NCBI GenBank assembly: GCA_030592845.1
Contig: JAUVII010000004.1
Location: 1-58,881 of the forward strand
DNA: 58,881 nucleotides
Direction of reading: 5' to 3'
DNA from: Candidatus Krumholzibacteriia bacterium
GTDB lineage: Bacteria; Krumholzibacteriota; Krumholzibacteriia; LZORAL124-64-63
Below are positions 35,799 to 44,691 of this stretch, one piece after another. How positions within the stretch are numbered: the first letter of the stretch is position 1; each line of letters opens with the position of its first letter. The position numbers were made by a program, and so were the translations under genes. Under the pieces are notes generated by a model, which saw only the letters and a program-made list of their open reading frames with translations, did no database searches and was not told where the DNA came from.

Positions 35799-35839
35799 TC
35801 ATTCCTGCCTTTCCCGAACCGGCTCTTTTGGTCCCGCAA

Positions 35840-35861
35840 CCGGCCGTACGAGTGCGGCCGG
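35840..35861 (-). other. Intercistronic hairpin between the second lipoprotein gene and the propeller gene
   Basis: CCGGCCG-N8-CGGCCGG, a 7-bp GC stem with no U-tract, inside the 78-nt spacer. Confidence 0.3.
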
Positions 35862-35876
35862 CCCGGGATCGGGAGT

Positions 35877-38360
35877 TTAGGGATTAATCGAAAGGCCGAA
35901 GTACTGCAACACCCAGCGGATGGCCGTCTTGGTACCTTCCTCGTCAAAACGATAGGGGTCGAATCCCCAGTAGACATCGGCCTTACGGACCGGCTTGTCC
36001 ATGACCATCTTGTAGGACATGAACCCATAGGTCAATCCGTTGGTCCGGGAACTGGACCGGGGCACTCCCTCGTAACTGGTCAGGCCCAAAGGCCCACATC
36101 CCTGATCCAGTTCGTAGGTGCTGTAGGCACTATTCGGCCAATCCAATTCGCCGTCAGCGAATTTAACACCCCGCATCCAGTCTATCCGGGAAATACCCCG
36201 GAACATTGGTTCGACGCACAGGCCGCCCGGAGCTTCCAGAACCTCACATTTGTGGAGGATGATGGGCTCCGCGCGGGAACTGATATTGACATCGTAGAAC
36301 TCGTCGTTCCGGAAGGGGAAACTCCCGTTGAACAGGCCCAGGGTATCGCCGCGAGCGTTGGCGTCGTCCGGCCAGTCGATGATGGGGTTGGTCAGGATCC
36401 TGTCGGGAACCACACCGGGCCCGATGCCGTGGTTGACCTTGAAAGCCGCGTCAAGGGACACCCCCTTCAAACCGACACAATCCGCTTTCCGGTCGAATTT
36501 GACCGTGATATTCCGACCATAAATGGTCTTGGTATTGGTGGAAGTCCAATCGATGGCCGCAATACCCGCGGTGGCCGCGGGATACATCCTGGGCCCCCGT
36601 TCGATACGGGTGCCGTCCGGCTGTTCAGCGGTTCCGAATCCAGTGATGTACGAGGTCCCATCCACCACGAAGACCGGTTGGCGCGAGTCGAATATCATCG
36701 GCACCATGTAGTTGGGGAAACCCTCGAGGAAGGATTCCATGCTGCCGCCACCGGCCAGGAAGAAGTTGCCCCCGCGCTGCTGATAGGGTGTCAGCCAGAC
36801 GAACTGGTCGATACCGTCGCGGGCGCGAAACTTGTTGAACATCAGTTGCAGATCACTGAACTGGGCATAACAGAGCACAGCCTTGTACTGGACAAGATCG
36901 GCATAAGTCACTTCTTCGGTATGATCTTTCCAGTCCCTGTCCCAGTTCATACCGTTGACTCCACCGGATCCCTCGGCCAGGAAGTGCCAGTAGGCATTAC
37001 GGAATACTTCCGAGTTCCGGGGCCGGCCGGCCTCATCGAGCCAGTTGTTGGTCAAAGCGGCCGGATCGACCACCTGGTCGATGAGGAGCAGTTCCAGCTG
37101 ATTGGGCCGTGAGATGAAGGGAATGATCTGCAGACGCCAGGTGACAAGGCGCACCTGCTTGGAATCATCCTCGACACGCAGATAGAAGGTATGGAAGCCC
37201 TGCTCGAAGGACCGCTCGGTGGCAAACAGGTTTTGCTTCGAAAGGCCAGGCGGAACAGCCCATCCCGGATCGTTCGGATCTTCAGGATCAATAAGATCCC
37301 ATCCGTGCCTGTAGGAAACAATTTCCCCATTGTAGGAACTGGCGTCGGCTGACCAGCTGAAATTAATGGGCTGGCCACCGGCGATCTGGTCAAAACTTTC
37401 CGCGGCGTTGGTTGTGCCGAGGAAGGGTTCCGACAGGACCACAGCCGGGAAAAACCCGCCTTTGACGATTTGGAAGTTGCCCACTTCAATCTGGTAATCA
37501 CGGCCGACACTGACAGCCCCGGCGGTATCACGGACCTGAAGGGCAAAAAGGAAGTACTCCCTGTCGGGTTGATCGGGAAACTGAACCCTCCGGTCGCTGT
37601 CCAGGGGCGCGTATCCACGCCACTCCTCCCAAGCGGGATCTTCGAGGTCGATGACCTTGTCCACATGCAGGTTGTATTCGAACGGGGTCCGGATATACGA
37701 GGGAACGCCAGCGGCACTGGTATCGTACGCCGCGGAGATCCACAGGAAACGAACCTGGGTCGGAATCTTGATGTCGAAATCCGGATCTGTCCCTTCCCAT
37801 CCGATATTGACGGAGGGCGGAACCCTCTTCGATTGTTGCTTGCCCAGGTTGGGATAAACGACCCGGCAGGTCGGCACGATGGTGGTCGAAGTGAACGAGA
37901 TGTAGGCTGGTGTGGGATCAACCGCGCCCTTGTCGTCCACTGCCCGGAAAAACACCGAATGCGTCCGGAAACTCCTGGGCCGGGAATGATCGTCGCCCGG
38001 GAAATCCGGCGTATCGGCCAGAACCAGGAAGGTGGTATCGTTGCCCGCGGTGAAACGCCAGGGGTGCAGAATCGCCCCGGTCAACGGGTCGACCGTCAGG
38101 GTATCCCGGGGGCTGATACCGTCGGTGCCGTTGTTGCTGATTTTCCATTCGTAACCCACGACACGGCCGTCGGGATCTGATCCGGTCCAGTTGAGATCCA
38201 CCGCAAACCCCGCTTCGAGCAGAGTGGGCGGCTGGCCGGTGATGCGGGTGTCGGGTCGACTGTTGGGCAACCTCACCCCGCTCACATCGGTGTTCGTGGA
38301 ACAGCCCGCGGCAAAAACCAGAAGAGCGGCCGCCGCAGCCATAAAAATACGCCTGATCAT
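35877..38360 (-). CDS. Large lipoprotein B (~827 aa), paralogous at its N-terminus to lipoprotein A
   Basis: The ATG at 38360 is preceded by AGGAG at 7 nt. The lipobox is MIRRIFMAAAAALLVFAAGCS. The N-terminal module PDTRITGQP..NWTGSDPDGRVVGYEW..AVDDKGAVDPTPA is shared with the upstream gene. I see no catalytic motif. Confidence 0.7.
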   Translation of the reverse strand: MIRRIFMAAAAALLVFAAGCSTNTDVSGVRLPNSRPDTRITGQPPTLLEAGFAVDLNWTGSDPDGRVVGYEWKISNNGTDGISPRDTLTVDPLTGAILHPWRFTAGNDTTFLVLADTPDFPGDDHSRPRSFRTHSVFFRAVDDKGAVDPTPAYISFTSTTIVPTCRVVYPNLGKQQSKRVPPSVNIGWEGTDPDFDIKIPTQVRFLWISAAYDTSAAGVPSYIRTPFEYNLHVDKVIDLEDPAWEEWRGYAPLDSDRRVQFPDQPDREYFLFALQVRDTAGAVSVGRDYQIEVGNFQIVKGGFFPAVVLSEPFLGTTNAAESFDQIAGGQPINFSWSADASSYNGEIVSYRHGWDLIDPEDPNDPGWAVPPGLSKQNLFATERSFEQGFHTFYLRVEDDSKQVRLVTWRLQIIPFISRPNQLELLLIDQVVDPAALTNNWLDEAGRPRNSEVFRNAYWHFLAEGSGGVNGMNWDRDWKDHTEEVTYADLVQYKAVLCYAQFSDLQLMFNKFRARDGIDQFVWLTPYQQRGGNFFLAGGGSMESFLEGFPNYMVPMIFDSRQPVFVVDGTSYITGFGTAEQPDGTRIERGPRMYPAATAGIAAIDWTSTNTKTIYGRNITVKFDRKADCVGLKGVSLDAAFKVNHGIGPGVVPDRILTNPIIDWPDDANARGDTLGLFNGSFPFRNDEFYDVNISSRAEPIILHKCEVLEAPGGLCVEPMFRGISRIDWMRGVKFADGELDWPNSAYSTYELDQGCGPLGLTSYEGVPRSSSRTNGLTYGFMSYKMVMDKPVRKADVYWGFDPYRFDEEGTKTAIRWVLQYFGLSINP

Positions 38361-38388
38361 TGAGAATCTCCTAGGTCCACTGGTCACC

Positions 38389-40812
38389 TTAGAAACCTTC
38401 CGATCCGTAACATTCAAAATCACCGGTCAGGGTCTCGACGACGATCCTGAAATACTGCGATACAGGAGCACCCTCCAGACTTGGCATGGCCCCTGGCGAA
38501 ATATCCATGTCGAGTTGAATATCCGGAATGCCTGAATCCTTCAGGTCGTTATCTCTCCATGACTTACCTGGGGGAAGTTCAGCCACTGAGGGACGGACGT
38601 GACGGAAGAAGTTGTACTTTGCCGGCCGGACGGGACCAAAATTTTCCTTGGTTTGATCCAGCGCAATGGCCTGAACGCGCCCCTTGCCGAATTGTTTGGT
38701 AGTGGCCTCGAAAACCATGTCCCGGTCATCCGGGTCATCGATCCCAAGGACCAACTTCATATAGATTTCCTTGTAGTTTTCCGGGCCCGCGGTCATGAGC
38801 CATAAAGGCACGGCCACATCCACGGAAACCTTCCACAAACCCGTTGCCGGATCGATGCCCAGCCCCGGACGATTATTAAAAATGCCCCAGGTGGGTTGTT
38901 TGAGGTCGTCATTCCCTCCCCCATCCCTGATCTGGTTGAAGGGGTCACAGGCGTAATCGACCTGATAGGCCCAGCCCATCATGCGCCGTTCCTTCTGGAT
39001 CCATCTTTCATCCTTGTGGTCAAGCCCGTGAAGCAGGATCTCCATTCGGTACAGATTCGCCTCGATTTCATAATTCTTGTCGCCGCCCTGACCGGGATCA
39101 AGCGTCACCCGGGTAAATCCCGTGGACTTGTCCACCAGGATGAAGGCCTTCTGGATGTACTGGAGTTCATCATCACCGGGAGTCGGATTGTTATTGACCG
39201 TCCGCAGCACGGTGGTGTCACCAAAGCAGGGATGGGATGCGATATTGAAGGTATCGAGCACACAATCCAGGGTTTCGTCGAAATCCGAGGGTGTCGCCGC
39301 CGTGGGCAGCACCTCGATACACTGGATACAGGGTGCATACCCCACATCGAAGCTCAAACCGGCTGGTGAACCATCCTTGCGGCCATGCTCGTCGACAGCC
39401 TGCATATTGATGGTGAATCTGGTGTTCGGCCCGGTCAGGAAACCGAGGGTATCGGCATACCAGCATGTATCGCAGGTGGCGTCCCAGGGCGGCTCCGTGT
39501 TCAATGCGCTCGACTCGGAGTTGAAACTGAACTGGCCGCCAAAATAGTTTTGTCGGGTACCCTTGAGGAACCCTGAGAGCCCGATCTTGAAGGCCGTGTC
39601 TAATTTTTTATCCTTGGGATTGTCCCGGGCCAGGGCCTTGACAACCACATAGGTGCGGTCCGGAATCCGCGTACCGGACTTGAACGGATAGTGGACCTGG
39701 CTGGGATCGTTCAAAAGAATGTAATAGGGAAATGTATCGGGCTCCGCAGGATGGGCCCAGTCCGTTTCATAGTCCAGCATGATGGTCTCGGGGTCAAAAT
39801 TGACCATGAAGGAGAAGGGTCTCAGGAAATTGGCGACCTCCACGCCTGCGACGTCGATGGAATTGACTTCCAGGTTCACCGAACCACTGGGCAGGAGTTT
39901 GTCAAAGGCTTCATCGCTGCCCTCATCCGCATTCCGGAAAATGAGATCCTGAAGCGGCGGCAAAAGTTTCCCGTCCGGACCATGCAGAACAAAGACCGAA
40001 AAACTGTCCCCCGAAGCTTCGTCGAATTTCCGCGGTGCCCAGCAATCGGTCAGGGAGGGTACGCAGTTACCCCCCAGGGAACCGAGCAGACGGTACTTGA
40101 ATCCCAGCAAACCGTCACCGAGGGGCACCGGCAGACCGGCCTCCAGATCCTCCCGGTAATCGGGCACCGTATCAACCAGGGCAAGGGCCTCGGGGTTGTA
40201 GCCCCGGATATTGGGAGAAATTCCTTCCCAGTGGACATGGTATTCAACACCGAAACCCACGGTGTCGGCCTGTCCCGGGGCAATGGGAATCTTCTGATCG
40301 CCATCCATGCGGAAGAAATTGATGGAGGGATTGCCCAGGGTATTGCTGAAAAAATGAAGCCGGGCCGGTGTCCGGTCGAAATCGCCGTAATCATCCACGG
40401 CCACCATGTGCAGGGTCATGTCTATGGAAGGAGTGACACCCTGAAAGATGGTAAAATTGAAAATGGAATCCGTTTTTGTGGTCCAATGCCCGATATCCAG
40501 CGTTGACGCGTCAAGAGCTGGATTGAACCGCACATCCTCTTCATCGTCGGTGGTCTCGTCATCCTGAACCGAAGTATCGGTCAGTGCCCAGACGAACCTT
40601 TCCACCCTGCCGTCGCTGTCCGATCCGTACCAGAAGACACGAAACCGGTAGTACCCGCCCCCACTTTCCACCGGCGCACCGATGATGAAGGTTTCCGGAG
40701 CTTTGTTGACGACAATCGCTTCCGGTTGGAAAGCGCGGCACCCGGTCAACGCCAAGACAGCCAAAACAGCCACAAATAGCAGCCTGACAACGGTATCTCG
40801 CCTGTTTTTCAT
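38389..40812 (-). CDS. Large lipoprotein A (~807 aa)
   Basis: The internal ATG at 40812 gives MKNRRDTVVRLLFVAVLAVLALTGC (lipobox). The N-terminal module is PETFIIGAP..FWYGSDSDGRVERFVW..AVDDYGDFDRTPA. The listed 876-aa ORF adds a Pro-rich, non-protein-like extension. Confidence 0.7.
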   Translation of the reverse strand: MKNRRDTVVRLLFVAVLAVLALTGCRAFQPEAIVVNKAPETFIIGAPVESGGGYYRFRVFWYGSDSDGRVERFVWALTDTSVQDDETTDDEEDVRFNPALDASTLDIGHWTTKTDSIFNFTIFQGVTPSIDMTLHMVAVDDYGDFDRTPARLHFFSNTLGNPSINFFRMDGDQKIPIAPGQADTVGFGVEYHVHWEGISPNIRGYNPEALALVDTVPDYREDLEAGLPVPLGDGLLGFKYRLLGSLGGNCVPSLTDCWAPRKFDEASGDSFSVFVLHGPDGKLLPPLQDLIFRNADEGSDEAFDKLLPSGSVNLEVNSIDVAGVEVANFLRPFSFMVNFDPETIMLDYETDWAHPAEPDTFPYYILLNDPSQVHYPFKSGTRIPDRTYVVVKALARDNPKDKKLDTAFKIGLSGFLKGTRQNYFGGQFSFNSESSALNTEPPWDATCDTCWYADTLGFLTGPNTRFTINMQAVDEHGRKDGSPAGLSFDVGYAPCIQCIEVLPTAATPSDFDETLDCVLDTFNIASHPCFGDTTVLRTVNNNPTPGDDELQYIQKAFILVDKSTGFTRVTLDPGQGGDKNYEIEANLYRMEILLHGLDHKDERWIQKERRMMGWAYQVDYACDPFNQIRDGGGNDDLKQPTWGIFNNRPGLGIDPATGLWKVSVDVAVPLWLMTAGPENYKEIYMKLVLGIDDPDDRDMVFEATTKQFGKGRVQAIALDQTKENFGPVRPAKYNFFRHVRPSVAELPPGKSWRDNDLKDSGIPDIQLDMDISPGAMPSLEGAPVSQYFRIVVETLTGDFECYGSEGF

Positions 40813-40944
40813 ACTGGGATGCGCCCCCTCGGAAGCATTTTTAGAGACTTCTGGTTTTGTGCGCCGCGGTGGTGGGACTGGCGGCGCCAAGCCTGCCGGC
40901 CAACCGGTCGGGGCCTGGGGAGTGATTGGTTTTTCAGCATCTGA

Positions 40945-40974
40945 AATATAGGGATTCGGTCCCGCCGGTGTCAA
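40945..40974 (-). promoter_or_regulatory. Sigma-70-type promoter candidate for the lipoprotein/propeller operon
   Basis: The minus strand reads TTGACA (40974-40969), an 18-nt spacer, then TATATT (40950-40945). It lies about 125 nt upstream of the ATG at 40812 and just downstream of the preceding terminator. Confidence 0.55.
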
Positions 40975-40982
40975 CCTCAAGG

Positions 40983-41013
40983 TTGGCAGAAATCCCCTGC
41001 CAACAGGGGATTT
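40983..41013. promoter_or_regulatory. Two interlocked perfect inverted repeats immediately upstream of the -35 element
   Basis: TTGGCAG (40983-40989) pairs with CTGCCAA (40997-41003). AAATCCCCTG (40990-40999) pairs with CAGGGGATTT (41004-41013). The arms overlap, so the two hairpins or operators are mutually exclusive. Confidence 0.45.
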
Positions 41014-41051
41014 CCCCAAATCCGAGTGGTCTGGATGGAGGAATGATATCC

Positions 41052-41085
41052 AAAAAAACGGGAGCGGCCCCGAAGGGCCGCTCCC
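41052..41085 (-). terminator. Strong rho-independent terminator downstream of the 1058-aa CTD protein gene
   Basis: The minus strand reads GGGAGCGGCCC-UUCG-GGGCCGCUCCC-GUUUUUUU. This is a perfect 11-bp stem with a tetraloop, 34 nt after the stop at 41119. Confidence 0.9.
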
Positions 41086-41118
41086 AAACAGCGACTGCTG
41101 AAGATTTCCCGAAGGAAA

Positions 41119-44100
41119 TTACTTCACCAGAGCCATCTTCTGGACTTTAACTTCGCCGCCGGTACGTGCTTCGTAGAAGTACACGCCGGAGGAAACGCTG
41201 GAGCCCTGGTTGTTGGATCCGTCCCAGACGATGGAGCCGGAATCGGTGGATTCCACCTGGCCATCGATAAGGGTCTTAACCAACTGACCGCGCACGTTGT
41301 AAACCTTCAGGCTCAGGTGACCAGTCTTGGGCACCGTGAACTTGATGGTCGTGCTCGGGTTGAAGGGGTTCGGATAGTTGCTGGTCTTGAACGCGATTCC
41401 AGGAATAACCGGAACCACGACGCCGCCACCAGGAACGCCGAAGTACTGCAGCACATCGCCCAACAGAGCTGAACGCGCCGCAAGGGGAGCGCCGGCAGCC
41501 GCGGGATCGGTGTGGATGTACATCAGATCGACGGGCATGGAGATCACACGGCTGGTACTCAGAAGGCCAGCAGTGGGATTCAGCGTGACAGCCGAGTAGG
41601 AATACGCACCGATGCCACCGGCGGGATTCCGGAACTCAGCGATACGCTGGGAACCCGTCTTCACTTCAACAGCGTCGAACGTGTTGATACCGCCGCAACC
41701 GCCATAGGCGATCCAGCTCTGCAACGTGCCGTTGAACACCGGGTTGGAACCGGTGGCCGCGACCAGAGGAGCAGTCTGGTTGCCGATGAGGGGCCGGATA
41801 TCGTTCGAGAAGATGCCGACACCCAGATAGTTCTCAAGGAGATCCAGGGTAACGGTACCAGCCTGCGCGAGATCGGCCGCGAGGTCATCACCAGTGAAGA
41901 AGATGTCGTTGTCACCAGCATCCAACCAGGCCTTCAACGTACCAACGTCGTCGCCGGCGTCGTTGTTGAAGTCGCCGTTGGCGATGGTGTTGACACTCAG
42001 ATCACCCGCGGTGTACAGAATCTCCGTGTAACCATCGATCATGATGTCGTTGGAACGACCACCGATACCGTTACCAACACCCGAACTCGGGGCGTTGACG
42101 TAGTATACGTCGTAATCGTCACCGACCACATGGCCGAGGTTGTTCAGAGCGGTATACCATTCATTCTCGCCGCCACGGTCGGCGAAATCGTTAATGAACA
42201 GGATCCGCGGATGATCCCCGGCATCCGACTTGAAGGTCGGAAGGGCGTGGATCACGAACGTGGAGTTGTATCCCATGGGGTCGCCGAACACACCGTAACC
42301 GGCGAGGTCAGCAGGCAGGGTTGACGTCTGGGGATCGGTTCCGCCCACTCCACCAATGGCATCCGTAGCCGAGATGTAGTAATGCAGCACATCGCCCGGG
42401 AACAGGAAGCCCGTATCCGGAAGATCGAAGGCCCACTTGCCGGGAGTGGGGAAGCCACTGGAACCGACGGCAGGCATACCGGCCGAAGTACCCACTGCGG
42501 GCTCGGGCCCACGGAAGGGGTCGAACATCGCGTTGCGATCCAACGTGTAATGCAGGGTCGGGGTGCCGTCGAAGCCGGCGCCCGCGCGAACAGGAACGAT
42601 ATCCACGACAATGGTATCACCCGGGTCGTTACGCAGGTGCGCAGCCAGGGAGATGTTGTTGGCGGAATCGAAACGCACACTGTGCGAGCCGAGGTCCAAC
42701 ATGTCGAAGGAACCGCGCGTGGGGAAGTTGTCCTGGGCAATATCCAGCTCGCGAGCCGAGAAACCCGGACCATAGTACGGGAAGACCTTGACGGTAACGT
42801 CATCGAAGTAGGGAGCCGGATAACCATCGTTACCGGTCCAGTACCAGATCCAACCCAGCTCGTAGCAAGTCAGCTGAACCTGGATTTCGTCACGTCCCTG
42901 GCTCATGAGATCGGTAACATCGTCGCCGGCGCGGGTATACTCCGGACCACCGTAATAGACGAAGTTACGATCCTGCCAGCCCTGGTCGGCGAGGATTTCG
43001 CCAACGCCACCGTGGGCGGAACCGTCGGTATCAGCCGAACGGACACCCCAGGTGTAGAACGTGCCAGGAGCATCAGCCGACAGATCTTCGTGGCGATAAG
43101 CCGTGAAGGTCAGGTCAATGCCGTCATAGTCCACAAGTCCGCCACCGGTGTCAGGAAGCTTGACGCTGGGCCAGGCCATGACCGGGGACTCGAGAGCGAC
43201 GTGAATGTGTTCGGACGGACCAGCGAGACCACCGGTGGTGGAAACGATGTAACCGCCAGGACCGTAGCACCAGTTGATGCAGTCACTGCCGCCGGTGCCA
43301 GGGATGACGATGTCGTCATCGATGAAGGCAACCTGCGGGGTGTAATTGGTGTTACAGGGATCGTTGTCTTCGAGACCGGTCCAGATGGCGGCAAAGTCGC
43401 CGACACCATCGGGGAACCCGATATTCCAGATTCCGAAATCAAGGGGATCGCCAAAGTGCTCGAAGTCCTCGAAGTAATTATTGATGACGCCGTCGTTATC
43501 AACTCTGACGTTGATGTCGTCAACCTGATGAGCACCAGCGGAAGGCCAGGAGCAGTCCTCATCGGACCAGCCACCATCGGACTTGAAGCGGAAGAAAACC
43601 GCGATGTCCGTGCCACTCATGTACTCAGGAGTGGTGTAGGTAACGACCTCGTTGACCGCGATGCTGGCATAGGGATCCAGGGCGGTGGCGGACTTACCGT
43701 CCCAGCCGGCCCGGAAGTTGGCGAAGGGCTGTCCTTCGAAACGATAGCTCAGGTAGGTGTAGTCATACCCGGGCTCCGAGTCGTACTGCATGGTGGCCGT
43801 GACGGTCACCTGCGAGCTGACGGAAGGGTTGCCGACAGGGACCCTGAACGTGATGAGATCGTGCCAGCTGTTACCGTAACCACCGTCGACGTCGTTGGTG
43901 TCACATGCCACGATGGCAATGTCACCACACCAGGCGGCGTAGTTACCCGGCTTGTTGACCGGATCCTGAAGGTAGTTGCTGACATTGTAGTGACTCTCCG
44001 TGGGCTCAGTAATGTCCCAGTGAGTCCAGCCGTTCCAGTCAGGATTTCCATCAGCATCTTCGAAGTCACCATCATAATACGGCTCCATGCCGCCATCACG

Positions 44101-44295
44101 AGGATCGAAGTTGTTGGTGGGATCCGTGGAGGACGCCATCAGGTTGATGGTATCCAGATCGGCCTTGTCAAAATTTACGCTGCCACCGTGAATCATTGAG
44201 TTGCCCCTGGTCATCCGCGGGAGATCCCCGGCGAACGAACTAACGGCAAACACCAATGCAAGCGCGAGACAAGCGAACATGGTGAATTTCTTCAT
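41119..44295 (-). CDS. Large secreted protein (1058 aa) with a canonical T9SS type-A / FlgD-Ig C-terminal sorting domain
   Basis: The ATG at 44295 gives the signal peptide MKKFTMFACLALALVFAVSSFA. The C-terminus reads NYPNPFNPSTTIKFTVPKTGHLSLKVYNVRGQLVKTL..WDGSNNQGSSVSSGVYFYEARTGGEVKVQKMALVK. The body is Asp/Gly/Trp-rich and has no HExxH or other catalytic signature I can see. Confidence 0.75.
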   Translation of the reverse strand: MKKFTMFACLALALVFAVSSFAGDLPRMTRGNSMIHGGSVNFDKADLDTINLMASSTDPTNNFDPRDGGMEPYYDGDFEDADGNPDWNGWTHWDITEPTESHYNVSNYLQDPVNKPGNYAAWCGDIAIVACDTNDVDGGYGNSWHDLITFRVPVGNPSVSSQVTVTATMQYDSEPGYDYTYLSYRFEGQPFANFRAGWDGKSATALDPYASIAVNEVVTYTTPEYMSGTDIAVFFRFKSDGGWSDEDCSWPSAGAHQVDDINVRVDNDGVINNYFEDFEHFGDPLDFGIWNIGFPDGVGDFAAIWTGLEDNDPCNTNYTPQVAFIDDDIVIPGTGGSDCINWCYGPGGYIVSTTGGLAGPSEHIHVALESPVMAWPSVKLPDTGGGLVDYDGIDLTFTAYRHEDLSADAPGTFYTWGVRSADTDGSAHGGVGEILADQGWQDRNFVYYGGPEYTRAGDDVTDLMSQGRDEIQVQLTCYELGWIWYWTGNDGYPAPYFDDVTVKVFPYYGPGFSARELDIAQDNFPTRGSFDMLDLGSHSVRFDSANNISLAAHLRNDPGDTIVVDIVPVRAGAGFDGTPTLHYTLDRNAMFDPFRGPEPAVGTSAGMPAVGSSGFPTPGKWAFDLPDTGFLFPGDVLHYYISATDAIGGVGGTDPQTSTLPADLAGYGVFGDPMGYNSTFVIHALPTFKSDAGDHPRILFINDFADRGGENEWYTALNNLGHVVGDDYDVYYVNAPSSGVGNGIGGRSNDIMIDGYTEILYTAGDLSVNTIANGDFNNDAGDDVGTLKAWLDAGDNDIFFTGDDLAADLAQAGTVTLDLLENYLGVGIFSNDIRPLIGNQTAPLVAATGSNPVFNGTLQSWIAYGGCGGINTFDAVEVKTGSQRIAEFRNPAGGIGAYSYSAVTLNPTAGLLSTSRVISMPVDLMYIHTDPAAAGAPLAARSALLGDVLQYFGVPGGGVVVPVIPGIAFKTSNYPNPFNPSTTIKFTVPKTGHLSLKVYNVRGQLVKTLIDGQVESTDSGSIVWDGSNNQGSSVSSGVYFYEARTGGEVKVQKMALVK

Positions 44296-44582
44296 TATTT
44301 TCCCCCCATCGTTGACGTCTGCTGTCAACACATGGTTAGGCGAACGATTGCTGTGCAGACGTGGCGTAATTCAGGCGCCTATCTACACATAACGGGCGAC
44401 AAAAGGATTCCCTCAACTTTCAGCACAGACAGAACTGCGCTATCGAGCGAGACCTCCTTCAAAGGATGCAGACCCATGGTGACGAGTGAACAAGGTGTCA
44501 AGTGATTGATCTGAATTGAGAGTGGAAAACAGGGACAGCGCACCTCAAGAGATGGGAACTTTTGTCTGTGAGTCGCTGGATT

Positions 44583-44611
44583 ACTTTACCGTAAATGGCG
44601 GGGCGAGTCAA
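44583..44611 (-). promoter_or_regulatory. Weak sigma-70-type promoter candidate upstream of the 1058-aa gene
   Basis: The minus strand reads TTGACT (44611-44606), a 17-nt spacer, then TAAAGT (44588-44583). It would give a leader of about 280 nt. Confidence 0.3.
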
Positions 44612-44691
44612 TAGTATTTGTGCAAAAAATAATGAAATTACGACAGGAGGCCCTGGCCGGAGCGGATGCGGGATGGTGCCCGCGCCCCTAC

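Noticed and set aside
41104-41120. Small hairpin ATTTCC-cgaa-GGAAAT overlapping the stop codon of the 1058-aa gene
   Set aside because: The stem is only 6 bp and AT-rich, and the strong canonical terminator 20 nt further on already explains termination.
44379-44477. 32-codon uORF in the leader of the 1058-aa gene as a real leader peptide
   Set aside because: There is no Shine-Dalgarno upstream, no conservation evidence is available, and short ORFs of this size arise by chance. It is kept only as a note inside the leader finding.
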